A stretch of DNA of 24,000 nucleotides from NCBI GenBank assembly GCA_043755575.1, contig JAYUSR010000232.1, positions 7,787 through 31,786 of the forward strand. Direction: 5' to 3'. Position numbers and translations under genes: made by a program. Position 1 is the first letter of the stretch. Each line of letters begins with the position of its first letter. Positions 11,149-18,433 of this stretch are shown piece by piece. The DNA is from Synechococcales cyanobacterium. GTDB taxonomy: Bacteria > Cyanobacteriota > Cyanobacteriia > Cyanobacteriales > Chamaesiphonaceae. The notes under the pieces were generated by a model, which worked only from the letters and a program-made list of their open reading frames with translations, did not search any database and was not told the DNA's origin.

Positions 11149-12090
11149 TCAATAACGGTAATCGTTGGGGTAGGGATTGGGTTCTGGGGCAAAGGCCAGC
11201 CAGATGGGATATTGCAGTAGGGCTAGGCTGACATAACCTTCGGAGTCATCCATGATGATAAAGGGCATATCTCGTTCGGCCATAATCTTTTCGGCTTTGA
11301 TCGTGAGTGGGTCGGGAGCTTCAAACAAAATAATACCGCCGCTGGGACCAAAATCACCGCGTCCCAAACCCAAGCAATCTTGTAAACCGCGTCGCCATTC
11401 GCCCAGTCGTTCGGGGCTGTTGGCTAAGATTAGCACCCGTAAATAATCTCCATACAATTCTCGTAAGACCGAGATACTGGCGCTGGCTACCAATACATTT
11501 TGTAGACGGCCACTAAGAGATTTGATGGCTCCGCGTCCACCCTGTTGCAAAAACCAATTAGCTGCTCGATCGATCTGATTTTGTTCGAGGGTGCGCCGAA
11601 TCTGCCAGGGTTCACCATAGTAGTCCGGGGCGGTTTGGTACTTGTTTAGTAGCTCCCGAATGCGGCGGGCATTGGTTTGATAGGTGGGTTCGGCAAATTC
11701 TGGCGTTGGTAAGGTTGGAGTTGGCGGGGCGGTGGTTTGAGGTTGGACTGGTGGGGCGACCGGCGGATCGGGAAATTCTATTTCCTCGGCCACCGATACC
11801 AAATCTTGGAGGCTGCCTACCAGATAGTCTTTAAAGCCTTGGATACGGATGGCAATTTCTTGGGAAGAACCGGCGAAACTTTGGCCAATCTCGACCTGAA
11901 TCCGATCGCGCTTGCGTTCTAGCTGTTCGATCGATACCAGCAAGTTTTGATGGCGCTGCTCAATCTCGGCCAGAGTGTGACTAGCAATCTGGCTATATTC
12001 CTGTTGGGCAGTGGCAATTTGTTGGTGGAGACTGGCTAATGAATTAACCAACTGCTCGGATGGCGATGTTTCCGGTTCGGAAGAACTCAT
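11149..12090 (-). CDS. Conserved cyanobacterial-type hypothetical protein: N-terminal coiled coil, Pro-rich linker, C-terminal globular domain (DUF3086-like?)
   Basis: 313-aa ORF. Heptad-like N-terminus (LHQQIATAQQEYSQIASHTLAEIEQRHQNLLVSIEQLERKRDRIQVE) and linker PDPPVAPPVQPQTTAPPTPTLPTPE. Tightly packed between neighbouring genes. The family name is recalled, not verified. Confidence 0.7.
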   Translation of the reverse strand: MSSSEPETSPSEQLVNSLASLHQQIATAQQEYSQIASHTLAEIEQRHQNLLVSIEQLERKRDRIQVEIGQSFAGSSQEIAIRIQGFKDYLVGSLQDLVSVAEEIEFPDPPVAPPVQPQTTAPPTPTLPTPEFAEPTYQTNARRIRELLNKYQTAPDYYGEPWQIRRTLEQNQIDRAANWFLQQGGRGAIKSLSGRLQNVLVASASISVLRELYGDYLRVLILANSPERLGEWRRGLQDCLGLGRGDFGPSGGIILFEAPDPLTIKAEKIMAERDMPFIIMDDSEGYVSLALLQYPIWLAFAPEPNPYPNDYRY

Positions 12091-12099
12091 AGATTAAAA

Positions 12100-12486
12100 C
12101 TATTGAGGATTGCAATGTTGCTCTAGGCAACTTCTCAGCTGCCCGGCATCAAACAGCATAGGTAAGAAATGAATGCTGTTAACTTCCCGGAAGTAAAACA
12201 AAATGGGCAGGGGCTGCCAGAAAATTTGCCATTCTTCCCATTCAGTATAGGGAAAGCGGCGGATTTCTGTGCTTGCTCGATACACTTCTAGAGCCGTAGC
12301 TGTAAATCTTAGCCTGATTAGGGCTGTTTGCACCAACAAGAAAAGACCGAATAACCCCACGACCAAGGCTACCCAAATCTGAATCCAAACCAATGGGATA
12401 GTGGTAGCAATGATGGCCAGCGCAATATTGTAACTAGGGCTTAATTCAATTCCAGTGCCGTTGTTAGAATTAGTAGATGAGGTCAC
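12100..12486 (-). CDS. Small membrane protein (two predicted TM helices plus soluble C-terminal domain; DUF3119-like?)
   Basis: 128-aa ORF with hydrophobic segments IALAIIATTIPLVWIQIWVALVVGLFGLFLLV. 9-nt gap to the downstream gene and 35 nt from lysA. Confidence 0.65.
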   Translation of the reverse strand: MTSSTNSNNGTGIELSPSYNIALAIIATTIPLVWIQIWVALVVGLFGLFLLVQTALIRLRFTATALEVYRASTEIRRFPYTEWEEWQIFWQPLPILFYFREVNSIHFLPMLFDAGQLRSCLEQHCNPQ

Positions 12487-12521
12487 GGGTCACATCCTTA
12501 ATGTGTGGGGATTTTAGAGAT

Positions 12522-13889
12522 TTAGTGTTGAAGATGAGTCGGCAGCCTGTCGAACCGCATTAAATCTTCATCGGTTTCGCGCTCAATAATTACTCCAGAG
12601 TTGCCGTCTTTCACTAACACTGCGGCTGGCCGGGTGATCCGATTGTAATTGGAGGCCATGCTGTAGTTGTAAGCTCCGGTCACGGGCACCACCAAGATGT
12701 CACCAGTGCTGACGGGTGGGAGCTGAGCATTATGAATCAAAACATCTCCCGATTCGCAATGCTTGCCTGCTACAGTAATGGTCTCGGTGATTGGTGCTGA
12801 CATTTTATTGGCTAGCAAACAACGGTACACCGATTCATAGGTGATCGGGCGGGGATTATCGGACATGCCGCCATCGACGGCAATATATTTGCGAATGCCG
12901 GGGACTTCTTTGTTGCTGCCAACAGTGTAGGCCGTGACGCAAGAATTAGCGACTAGCGATCGACCAGGTTCCGAAATAACTTTGGGCGGTGCAATCTGGG
13001 CTTCTTGACAGGCTACTAACAGCGCTTGCGCCACGCCCTGCACCCAGGTGTCAATGCTTTGTGGATCATCCTGCTCGGTATATTTCACACCCAAGCCACC
13101 GCCCACGTTAATTTGTTCGATCGGTAGTCCGTAGGTCTGCGCTTTGGTAAACCAACCGACCATTACCCCAGCTAAATCTTGGTGCGGTTGCTGTTCAAAA
13201 ATCTGGGAACCGATGTGGGCATGAACGCCGATACACTTCAAATTGGGATGGGTGCTCAGGTACTTAAACAAATCATCAATGCTGTTGGGGTCAAAGCCAA
13301 ATTTGCTATCTAAGTGTCCTGTCCGAATATATTCGTGGGTGTGGCATTCAATGCCCGGGGTGAGGCGCAGCATCACGGGGACGGGCTTACTACTAGCCAG
13401 GGTGCTCAGGGTTTCGATTTCTAGCCAGTTATCGACGACGATATTACAACCTTGATCGATCGCCAGCTTTAGCTCGGAAACTGACTTATTGTTACCGTGG
13501 AAATAGATGTTTTGCGGTTGGGCCCCGGCCTTAATGGCCGTGAGCAATTCTCCAGCGGATACCACATCGATGCCTAAGCCTTCATTGGTGACGATATTGC
13601 AGATGGCCAGACAGTTCCAAGCTTTGGAAGCATAAATTACCAGTGATTCGCCTGTATAGTATTGTTTCCAAGCATCTCGATACTGTTGGCAAGCTGTTCG
13701 TAGAGACGACTCATCGAGAATGTAGAGCGGCGAGCCGTATTGCTGGACTAGTTCGGTCACAGCGCAGCCGCCAATTTCCAAGCAATCTTTGCTATTCACT
13801 TGCGCGGTGAGCGGCAAAATTTGCTGGTTGGGAGAAGCGGTGCTTGCTTCGGGTAGATATTGGCGGGCAGAGAGAGGCGCTGGGGTCAT
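12522..13889 (-). CDS. lysA: Diaminopimelate decarboxylase
   Basis: Fold-type III PLP enzyme motifs: YASKAWNCLAI (PLP Lys), HAHIGSQI, NVGGGLGV, SEPGRSLVA, GKHCESGD, TGAYNYSMASNYN. Confidence 0.95.
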   Translation of the reverse strand: MTPAPLSARQYLPEASTASPNQQILPLTAQVNSKDCLEIGGCAVTELVQQYGSPLYILDESSLRTACQQYRDAWKQYYTGESLVIYASKAWNCLAICNIVTNEGLGIDVVSAGELLTAIKAGAQPQNIYFHGNNKSVSELKLAIDQGCNIVVDNWLEIETLSTLASSKPVPVMLRLTPGIECHTHEYIRTGHLDSKFGFDPNSIDDLFKYLSTHPNLKCIGVHAHIGSQIFEQQPHQDLAGVMVGWFTKAQTYGLPIEQINVGGGLGVKYTEQDDPQSIDTWVQGVAQALLVACQEAQIAPPKVISEPGRSLVANSCVTAYTVGSNKEVPGIRKYIAVDGGMSDNPRPITYESVYRCLLANKMSAPITETITVAGKHCESGDVLIHNAQLPPVSTGDILVVPVTGAYNYSMASNYNRITRPAAVLVKDGNSGVIIERETDEDLMRFDRLPTHLQH

Positions 13890-13938
13890 TGTGGTGATCG
13901 GGGGAGTAGCAGATTTTCAAAAAATATATTAGTTAATG

Positions 13939-14499
13939 CTAACCTCGATCGATCACCGCAGCCGAAAAGAATCGAGAAAAGAAGACATTGATTTTGGAGC
14001 ATCGATAGCTGTTGCTATAGATACGGTCTTTCACGATATATACCCGACCTTTGCCAATTTGACCAAAGGCTGTAAAGTTGAATTCCTTGCCAAGATTATT
14101 TTCAATCTGAATGTTTTTAGTACTTACGAGTTTGGCTTGTAATTCCTTGAGATAAATACTGGGTAGCTGATCGAGCAATTTACCGACCTCTTTACGAGAA
14201 AAATTTCGCAAAGTAGCAACATCGTAATAGCCAACTTGGTAAAATCCCTCTTTGCCAGCCACGATAAAGGAGTAGATGGTAAGTTCCTTGCTCATTTTTT
14301 CATTGGCGACGGCTGGTTCACTGGGGAAGTCGATCGAGAACCGACCAGCCTTGGAATAAAAAGGTTCACGGCTAGCGGCTTTACCGATTTCGACTGAAGT
14401 CGCAACTGCTAATTCCATAGAAGAGATAGTTGCTAAGCCGATCGATGGAATGAAGACGCTGAAAATCGCGACCCAGGCTGGCAATATGCGTTGATTCAT
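13939..14499 (-). CDS. Secreted/periplasmic hypothetical protein with N-terminal signal peptide
   Basis: 186-aa ORF with hydrophobic N-terminus ILPAWVAIFSVFIPSIGLATIS. Co-directional with lysA, 49 nt upstream of it. No family recognised. Confidence 0.55.
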   Translation of the reverse strand: MNQRILPAWVAIFSVFIPSIGLATISSMELAVATSVEIGKAASREPFYSKAGRFSIDFPSEPAVANEKMSKELTIYSFIVAGKEGFYQVGYYDVATLRNFSRKEVGKLLDQLPSIYLKELQAKLVSTKNIQIENNLGKEFNFTAFGQIGKGRVYIVKDRIYSNSYRCSKINVFFSRFFSAAVIDRG

Positions 14500-14643
14500 G
14501 AGATTTTTTAGAGATATCTGAAATATTGGTCTAACTCGTCAATTTTATGCAACAAAGAGCCTAGAGCTACCTGACTGTAATATTTCCCGTTACACTTAAA
14601 AAATATTTAAGATTATTATTCCATTTAGAAAAAATAAACTGCT

Positions 14644-15822
14644 ATGCGTTTGATTTTGATGACCGGTAAAGGTGGTGTTGGTAAAACTTCTGTGGCTGCC
14701 GCTACCGGCCTAAAATGTGCCGAGATGGGTTACAAAACCCTTGTACTCAGCACCGACCCCGCCCACTCCCTAGCCGATAGCTTCGATACCGAAATGGGAC
14801 ATGATCCGATCGAAGTGCGTCCCAATTTATGGGGAGCGGAACTAGATGCCCTAATGGAGCTAGAAGGCAACTGGGGAGCGGTCAAACGCTATATTACTCA
14901 AGTTTTACAGGCGCGGGGTTTAGAAGGAGTCCAAGCCGAAGAACTGGCCATTTTGCCAGGGATGGATGAAATCTTTGGCTTGGTGCGGATGAAGCGCCAT
15001 TACGATGAAGGCTTTTATGATGTTTTGATTATTGACTCGGCACCAACTGGGACAGCATTGCGTTTGTTGAGTTTACCGGAAGTGGGTGGCTGGTATATGC
15101 GCCGTTTCTATAAGCCTTTCCAGGCGGTATCAGTAGCTTTGCGGCCTCTGGTAGAACCATTATTTCGTCCGATCGTCGGTTTCTCGTTGCCCGATAAGGA
15201 AGTAATGGATGCGCCCTACGAGTTTTATGAGCAAATCGAAGCGCTGCAAGTGATTTTGATGGATAATTCCAAAACTTCGGTACGGCTAGTGGCTAATCCG
15301 GAGAAAATGGTGATCAAAGAATCGCTACGTGCTCATGCTTACTTGAGTCTGTACAACGTTTCCACTGACTTAGTAGTAGCCAATCGGATTATCCCAGCCG
15401 AAGTAACCGATCCTTTCTTTAAAAAGTGGAAGGAGAGTCAAGAAAAGTATCGTCAAGAACTACATGATAATTTTAGCCCGTTGCCAGTGAAGGAAGTGCC
15501 GCTATTTTCAGAGGAAATGTGCGGTATGGATGCGCTGCAAAGATTGAAAGATACTTTGTATGCCGCAGACGAGGATCCTGCCCAGATTTACTATAAAGAA
15601 GTCACGATGCGGGTGGTTTCTCAGGGGAATAATCAGTACAACCTGGAGCTTTATTTGCCGGGAGTGGCTAAGGATAAGGTACAGCTAAACAAGAGTGGCG
15701 ATGAGCTAAATATTCGGATTGGTAATCATCGCCGTAATTTAGTGCTGCCGCAGGCTTTAGCGGCTCTTCAGCCTGCTGGAGCCAAGATGGAAGATGATTA
15801 TTTGAAGATCAAGTTTGGTTAG
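14644..15822 (+). CDS. ArsA/Get3 (TRC40)-family ATPase with C-terminal HSP20/alpha-crystallin-like domain
   Basis: Deviant Walker [16 protein letters not shown], the [12 protein letters not shown] signature, [16 protein letters not shown]. The C-terminal ~70 aa ([41 protein letters not shown]...[12 protein letters not shown]) look like a small-HSP beta-sandwich. Confidence 0.9.
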   Translation: MRLILMTGKGGVGKTSVAAATGLKCAEMGYKTLVLSTDPAHSLADSFDTEMGHDPIEVRPNLWGAELDALMELEGNWGAVKRYITQVLQARGLEGVQAEELAILPGMDEIFGLVRMKRHYDEGFYDVLIIDSAPTGTALRLLSLPEVGGWYMRRFYKPFQAVSVALRPLVEPLFRPIVGFSLPDKEVMDAPYEFYEQIEALQVILMDNSKTSVRLVANPEKMVIKESLRAHAYLSLYNVSTDLVVANRIIPAEVTDPFFKKWKESQEKYRQELHDNFSPLPVKEVPLFSEEMCGMDALQRLKDTLYAADEDPAQIYYKEVTMRVVSQGNNQYNLELYLPGVAKDKVQLNKSGDELNIRIGNHRRNLVLPQALAALQPAGAKMEDDYLKIKFG

Positions 15823-15834
15823 TTGCTTGCTGTC

Positions 15835-16257
15835 ATGAAACGTGACACTCTTTTCTACCGAATTTTTCAAGAATATCCTGGCTTGTTACTTGAGTTGACA
15901 GGCAATCCGCCTACCAATGCTGTTGGTTATAGATTTGATTCTGTGGCCGTCAAAGAGCCTGCTTTTGCGATCGAACACATTCTGCCGGAATTATTTTCAG
16001 AAAACTGGCCGGCGGAGTTTAGTGAGGAGCAGGGGCAAAGGTTGTTGTACCGTTTGGGAAATTTGACGTTATTGGAGCGGGAGCTAAATCGAAGTTTGGG
16101 TCAGAAGGGGTTTGCAATTAAGCAGGCGGTGTATCAGAAAAGTACCTATGCTTTGACTCGATTGATCGATGGCGTTGAGTGGAGTCCGAAAGCTATTATT
16201 GAAAGGCAGGAGCAGTTGGCCGATCGAGCTGTGGAAATTTGGCGATTGGATTACTAG
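15835..16257 (+). pseudogene. Chimeric ORF: first ~47 aa of an Rpn/DUF2887-type PD-(D/E)XK protein fused in frame to the last ~95 aa of a DUF1524 (GmrSD-type His-Me finger nuclease) domain
   Basis: MKRDTLFYRIFQEYPGLLLELTGNPPTNAVGYRFDSVAVKEPAFAI matches the typical DUF2887 N-terminus. EHILPE...LYRLGNLTLLERELNRSLGQKGF...W.PKAIIERQEQLADRAVEIW matches the DUF1524 C-terminus. Both parent families are normally much longer. The junction lies on GCGATCGA (15967-15974). Confidence 0.55.
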
Positions 16258-16260
16258 TTA
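16161..16260 (+). repeat. Direct repeat copy A (3' end of the DUF1524-type ORF)
   Basis: My hand alignment gives 90 of 100 positions identical to 16571-16670. Confidence 0.85.
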
Positions 16261-16279
16261 TTTCGTAAAACTTTGCCTT

Positions 16280-16546
16280 ATGAACGAAAACTCTATGAAT
16301 ATTACCTCAAGAACGAATTGGGAGAAGGTTGATTCTCTCACTGAAGAAGAAATTGATACATCTGACATTCCTCTACTAACTGAAGAGTTTTTGGGTAAGT
16401 CGCGATGGTGGAAACCTGTAGCGCCTCTGAATGTTCTTGTTCAAGTTGACCCAAATACGCTGGCTTGGTTTCAGACTCAGGGTGAAGATTATGAGAAGAA
16501 AATGGCGGCGGCACTAAGGATTTATGCAGAGGCTCATAAAGTATAG
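16280..16546 (+). CDS. BrnA-like (DUF4415) antitoxin-family protein, no adjacent BrnT toxin
   Basis: MNENSMNITSRTNWEKVDSLTEEEIDTSDIPLLTEEFLGKSRWWKP...VLVQVDPNTLAWFQTQGEDYEKKMAAALRIYAEAHK matches the DUF4415/BrnA pattern as I recall it (W..v..lTdeEID.SDIPeL.eeF...a.....k..vtlrlD.dvLaWFk.qGkGYQt.iNa.LR.Ymea). The tracked 16169 start is an out-of-frame overlap with the upstream ORF and is unlikely. Confidence 0.65.
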   Translation: MNENSMNITSRTNWEKVDSLTEEEIDTSDIPLLTEEFLGKSRWWKPVAPLNVLVQVDPNTLAWFQTQGEDYEKKMAAALRIYAEAHKV

Positions 16547-16562
16547 TGGAACTCGGTATTAG

Positions 16563-16655
16563 CTTGAGCTATTGATCGATGGCGTTGAGTGGAATCAAAA
16601 AGCTATTATTGAACGGCAGGAGCAGTTGGTCGATCGAGCTGTGAAGATTTGGTGA
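16563..16655 (+). pseudogene. Orphan 3' fragment of a second DUF1524-type gene (contains most of repeat copy B, 16571-16655)
   Basis: Translates as LELLIDGVEWNQKAIIERQEQLVDRAVKIW*, versus LIDGVEWSPKAIIERQEQLADRAVEIWRLDY* in copy A. Preceded by an in-frame TAG at 16560-16562 and has no upstream body. Confidence 0.6.
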
Positions 16656-16670
16656 TTGGATTATTAATTA
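16571..16670 (+). repeat. Direct repeat copy B
   Basis: About 90% identical to 16161-16260. Weaker similarity may extend ~10-15 nt further upstream. Confidence 0.85.
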
Positions 16671-16700
16671 TGTTATTAGGATGGGAAAATATTAGCACTA

Positions 16701-17579
16701 ATGATTGATGGCTTGGAACAGAAAAACAGAATCGACTTGGGCTTTTCTCCATGGGAGTATGTGGCAGGAATGCCCTCTACTCACCTCCAACGTTGGGATT
16801 GCTCCTATAGTGGTTATCATGAAGATGCTGGACGCTCGGTGTGCCGACTGGAGGTTCCTAAAAGCCGAGTTATTATAATTTTGGGATTCGGCGATCGATT
16901 GCAGATTAATCCGGTGGGTTCCCAAGTACCATCTGTCCAATACCAATCTTTTGCAGTTGGATTGGGTGCCGATCCATTAATTGTCGAACATCATGGATTT
17001 CAACATTGCATTGAAATAGAACTATTGCCCTGGGCGGCAAACCAGCTTTTTCGTGGTGTCTATCCTGAATTTACTCAAGGTGTTGTTGATCTAGTAGACA
17101 TCTGGGGGCATGATGCCAATCTAATAATTGAACAACTTAGTGAGTTGTCCTCTTGGCCGGAACGATTTACTTTAGTAGATCAGCTACTGGCTGAGAAATT
17201 TGCTGGGTTAAATCAAATCATTCGATCTGAGATTCAATGGGCTTGGCACCAACTCGAACATTATGGTGGGTGCATTCCAATTAGAAAATTAGCTAAAACG
17301 CTGGACTGGAGCGATCGGCATTTTGCAGCCTGTTTTCAGGCGCAAATTGGAATGACACCGAAGGCTGCTGCCCGTCGTATTCGATTTACTCGTGCTCTGC
17401 AACTGCTCACCAGCTCGGATAATTATTCGCTCAGTGCGATTGCTGCCACTTGTGGCTATAGCGACCAGAGCCACTTTGCCCGCGAATTCCGCTTGTTTGC
17501 GGGATGTGCTCCGACAGTCTACCAAAAAGCACATTTCCCCGACTTGCTTGGCACACCTGGTGACATTATCAATAGGTAG
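16701..17579 (+). CDS. AraC-family transcriptional regulator
   Basis: C-terminal double HTH: IRKLAKTLDWSDRHFAACFQAQIGMTPKAAARRIRFTRALQLL...SLSAIAATCGYSDQSHFAREFRLFAGCAPTVYQK. The N-terminal ~180 aa are an effector-type domain. Confidence 0.9.
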   Translation: MIDGLEQKNRIDLGFSPWEYVAGMPSTHLQRWDCSYSGYHEDAGRSVCRLEVPKSRVIIILGFGDRLQINPVGSQVPSVQYQSFAVGLGADPLIVEHHGFQHCIEIELLPWAANQLFRGVYPEFTQGVVDLVDIWGHDANLIIEQLSELSSWPERFTLVDQLLAEKFAGLNQIIRSEIQWAWHQLEHYGGCIPIRKLAKTLDWSDRHFAACFQAQIGMTPKAAARRIRFTRALQLLTSSDNYSLSAIAATCGYSDQSHFAREFRLFAGCAPTVYQKAHFPDLLGTPGDIINR

Positions 17580-17661
17580 CGGCGAGGTCAATTTTGTTCA
17601 AGACTTACTCCTCAAGCGAAGCTAATATGGTGCTTTAACAATCATAATCAGGAGATCTAAA

Positions 17662-18006
17662 ATGTCTAGTGGAGTTTCTTATCTGGAGATTGCTACCAAA
17701 GATGCTGGGGCTTCCCGAATGTTTTTTGAGCAACTTTTGGGGTGGAGTTTTCATCCCATGGGTAATGATGGTGAGGGTTGGTTTCAGACTTCATCGGTGA
17801 AAGCTGGATTGCATGGGAATGATCCAGAACCCCAGTTTTTCATTTTCTTTGATGTTCCTGATTTAATGGCTGCTGTTGCCCAAGTGCAAGAGTTGGGTGG
17901 TGAAACAGATGAGCCGGGACCGGATGAACCTGGCTTTGGTCGGTTTTGTACTTGCCGCGATCCGCAAGGTATTCGTTTTGGATTACACCAGCTACCTGGA
18001 ACTTAA
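17662..18006 (+). CDS. VOC (glyoxalase/bleomycin-resistance/dioxygenase) family protein
   Basis: 114-aa single-module VOC pattern: VSYLEIATKDAGASRMFFEQLLGWSF...FIFFDVPDLMAAVAQVQELGGE...GRFCTCRDPQGIRFGLHQ. Canonical AGGAG Shine-Dalgarno at 17650-17654, 7 nt before the ATG. Confidence 0.85.
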   Translation: MSSGVSYLEIATKDAGASRMFFEQLLGWSFHPMGNDGEGWFQTSSVKAGLHGNDPEPQFFIFFDVPDLMAAVAQVQELGGETDEPGPDEPGFGRFCTCRDPQGIRFGLHQLPGT

Positions 18007-18339
18007 CATGTCATCAAAAATGCAGCAACGATGTAAAATCCTTTGGTTTGGGGTATCTATCAACTCATTAGTAACCTTGGGAACACCATGTAGGTAATGA
18101 TCGTGATTAATCGAGCCGTCATGAGGCAGCTTGTTCCACTCTGCCGCCGGAACCTCAGATTGAATCTCTTTGATCCGCTCCAACAAATCGAGAATTCCGC
18201 TGTTACTAGTAGTATCTATTTGGTTCGATTCTTGAACCTGTTGGCCTTGTTTCAGCCGTAAACAAAAGTCCAAAACTATCTCCACCATTGCATCAGGCAC
18301 TTGTTCGAGTTCTTTACTAAGCTGTTCTCTGATGGTCAT
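17992..18339 (-). CDS. Orphan type II antitoxin-like protein with an aberrant C-terminal extension
   Basis: The N-terminus MTIREQLSKELEQVPDAMVEIVLDFCLRLKQ and the motif AAEWNKLPHDGSINHDHYLHGVPK resemble small cyanobacterial antitoxins usually found upstream of PIN/VapC toxins. The ORF continues for 27 more codons and overlaps the convergent VOC gene by 15 nt. No toxin gene follows. Confidence 0.5.
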   Translation of the reverse strand: MTIREQLSKELEQVPDAMVEIVLDFCLRLKQGQQVQESNQIDTTSNSGILDLLERIKEIQSEVPAAEWNKLPHDGSINHDHYLHGVPKVTNELIDTPNQRILHRCCIFDDMLSSR

Positions 18340-18433
18340 ATGCTTTCCTGAAAGATTTATAGGACACTTTTACCAGACAAGTCTATTATATCGGCTGACC
18401 AAGAATCCCTTCCGATCCGCCATTAAAGCTAAA

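Noticed and set aside
15820-15837. The ORF following the arsA-like gene is in the same frame and begins immediately after its TAG stop (..KIKFG*LLAVMKRD..), which hints at stop-codon readthrough or a fusion.
   Set aside because: This is an ORF-caller artefact. TTG happens to be the first codon after the stop, and being in the same frame has a 1-in-3 chance. A proper ATG exists at 15835. No readthrough context or functional logic was seen.
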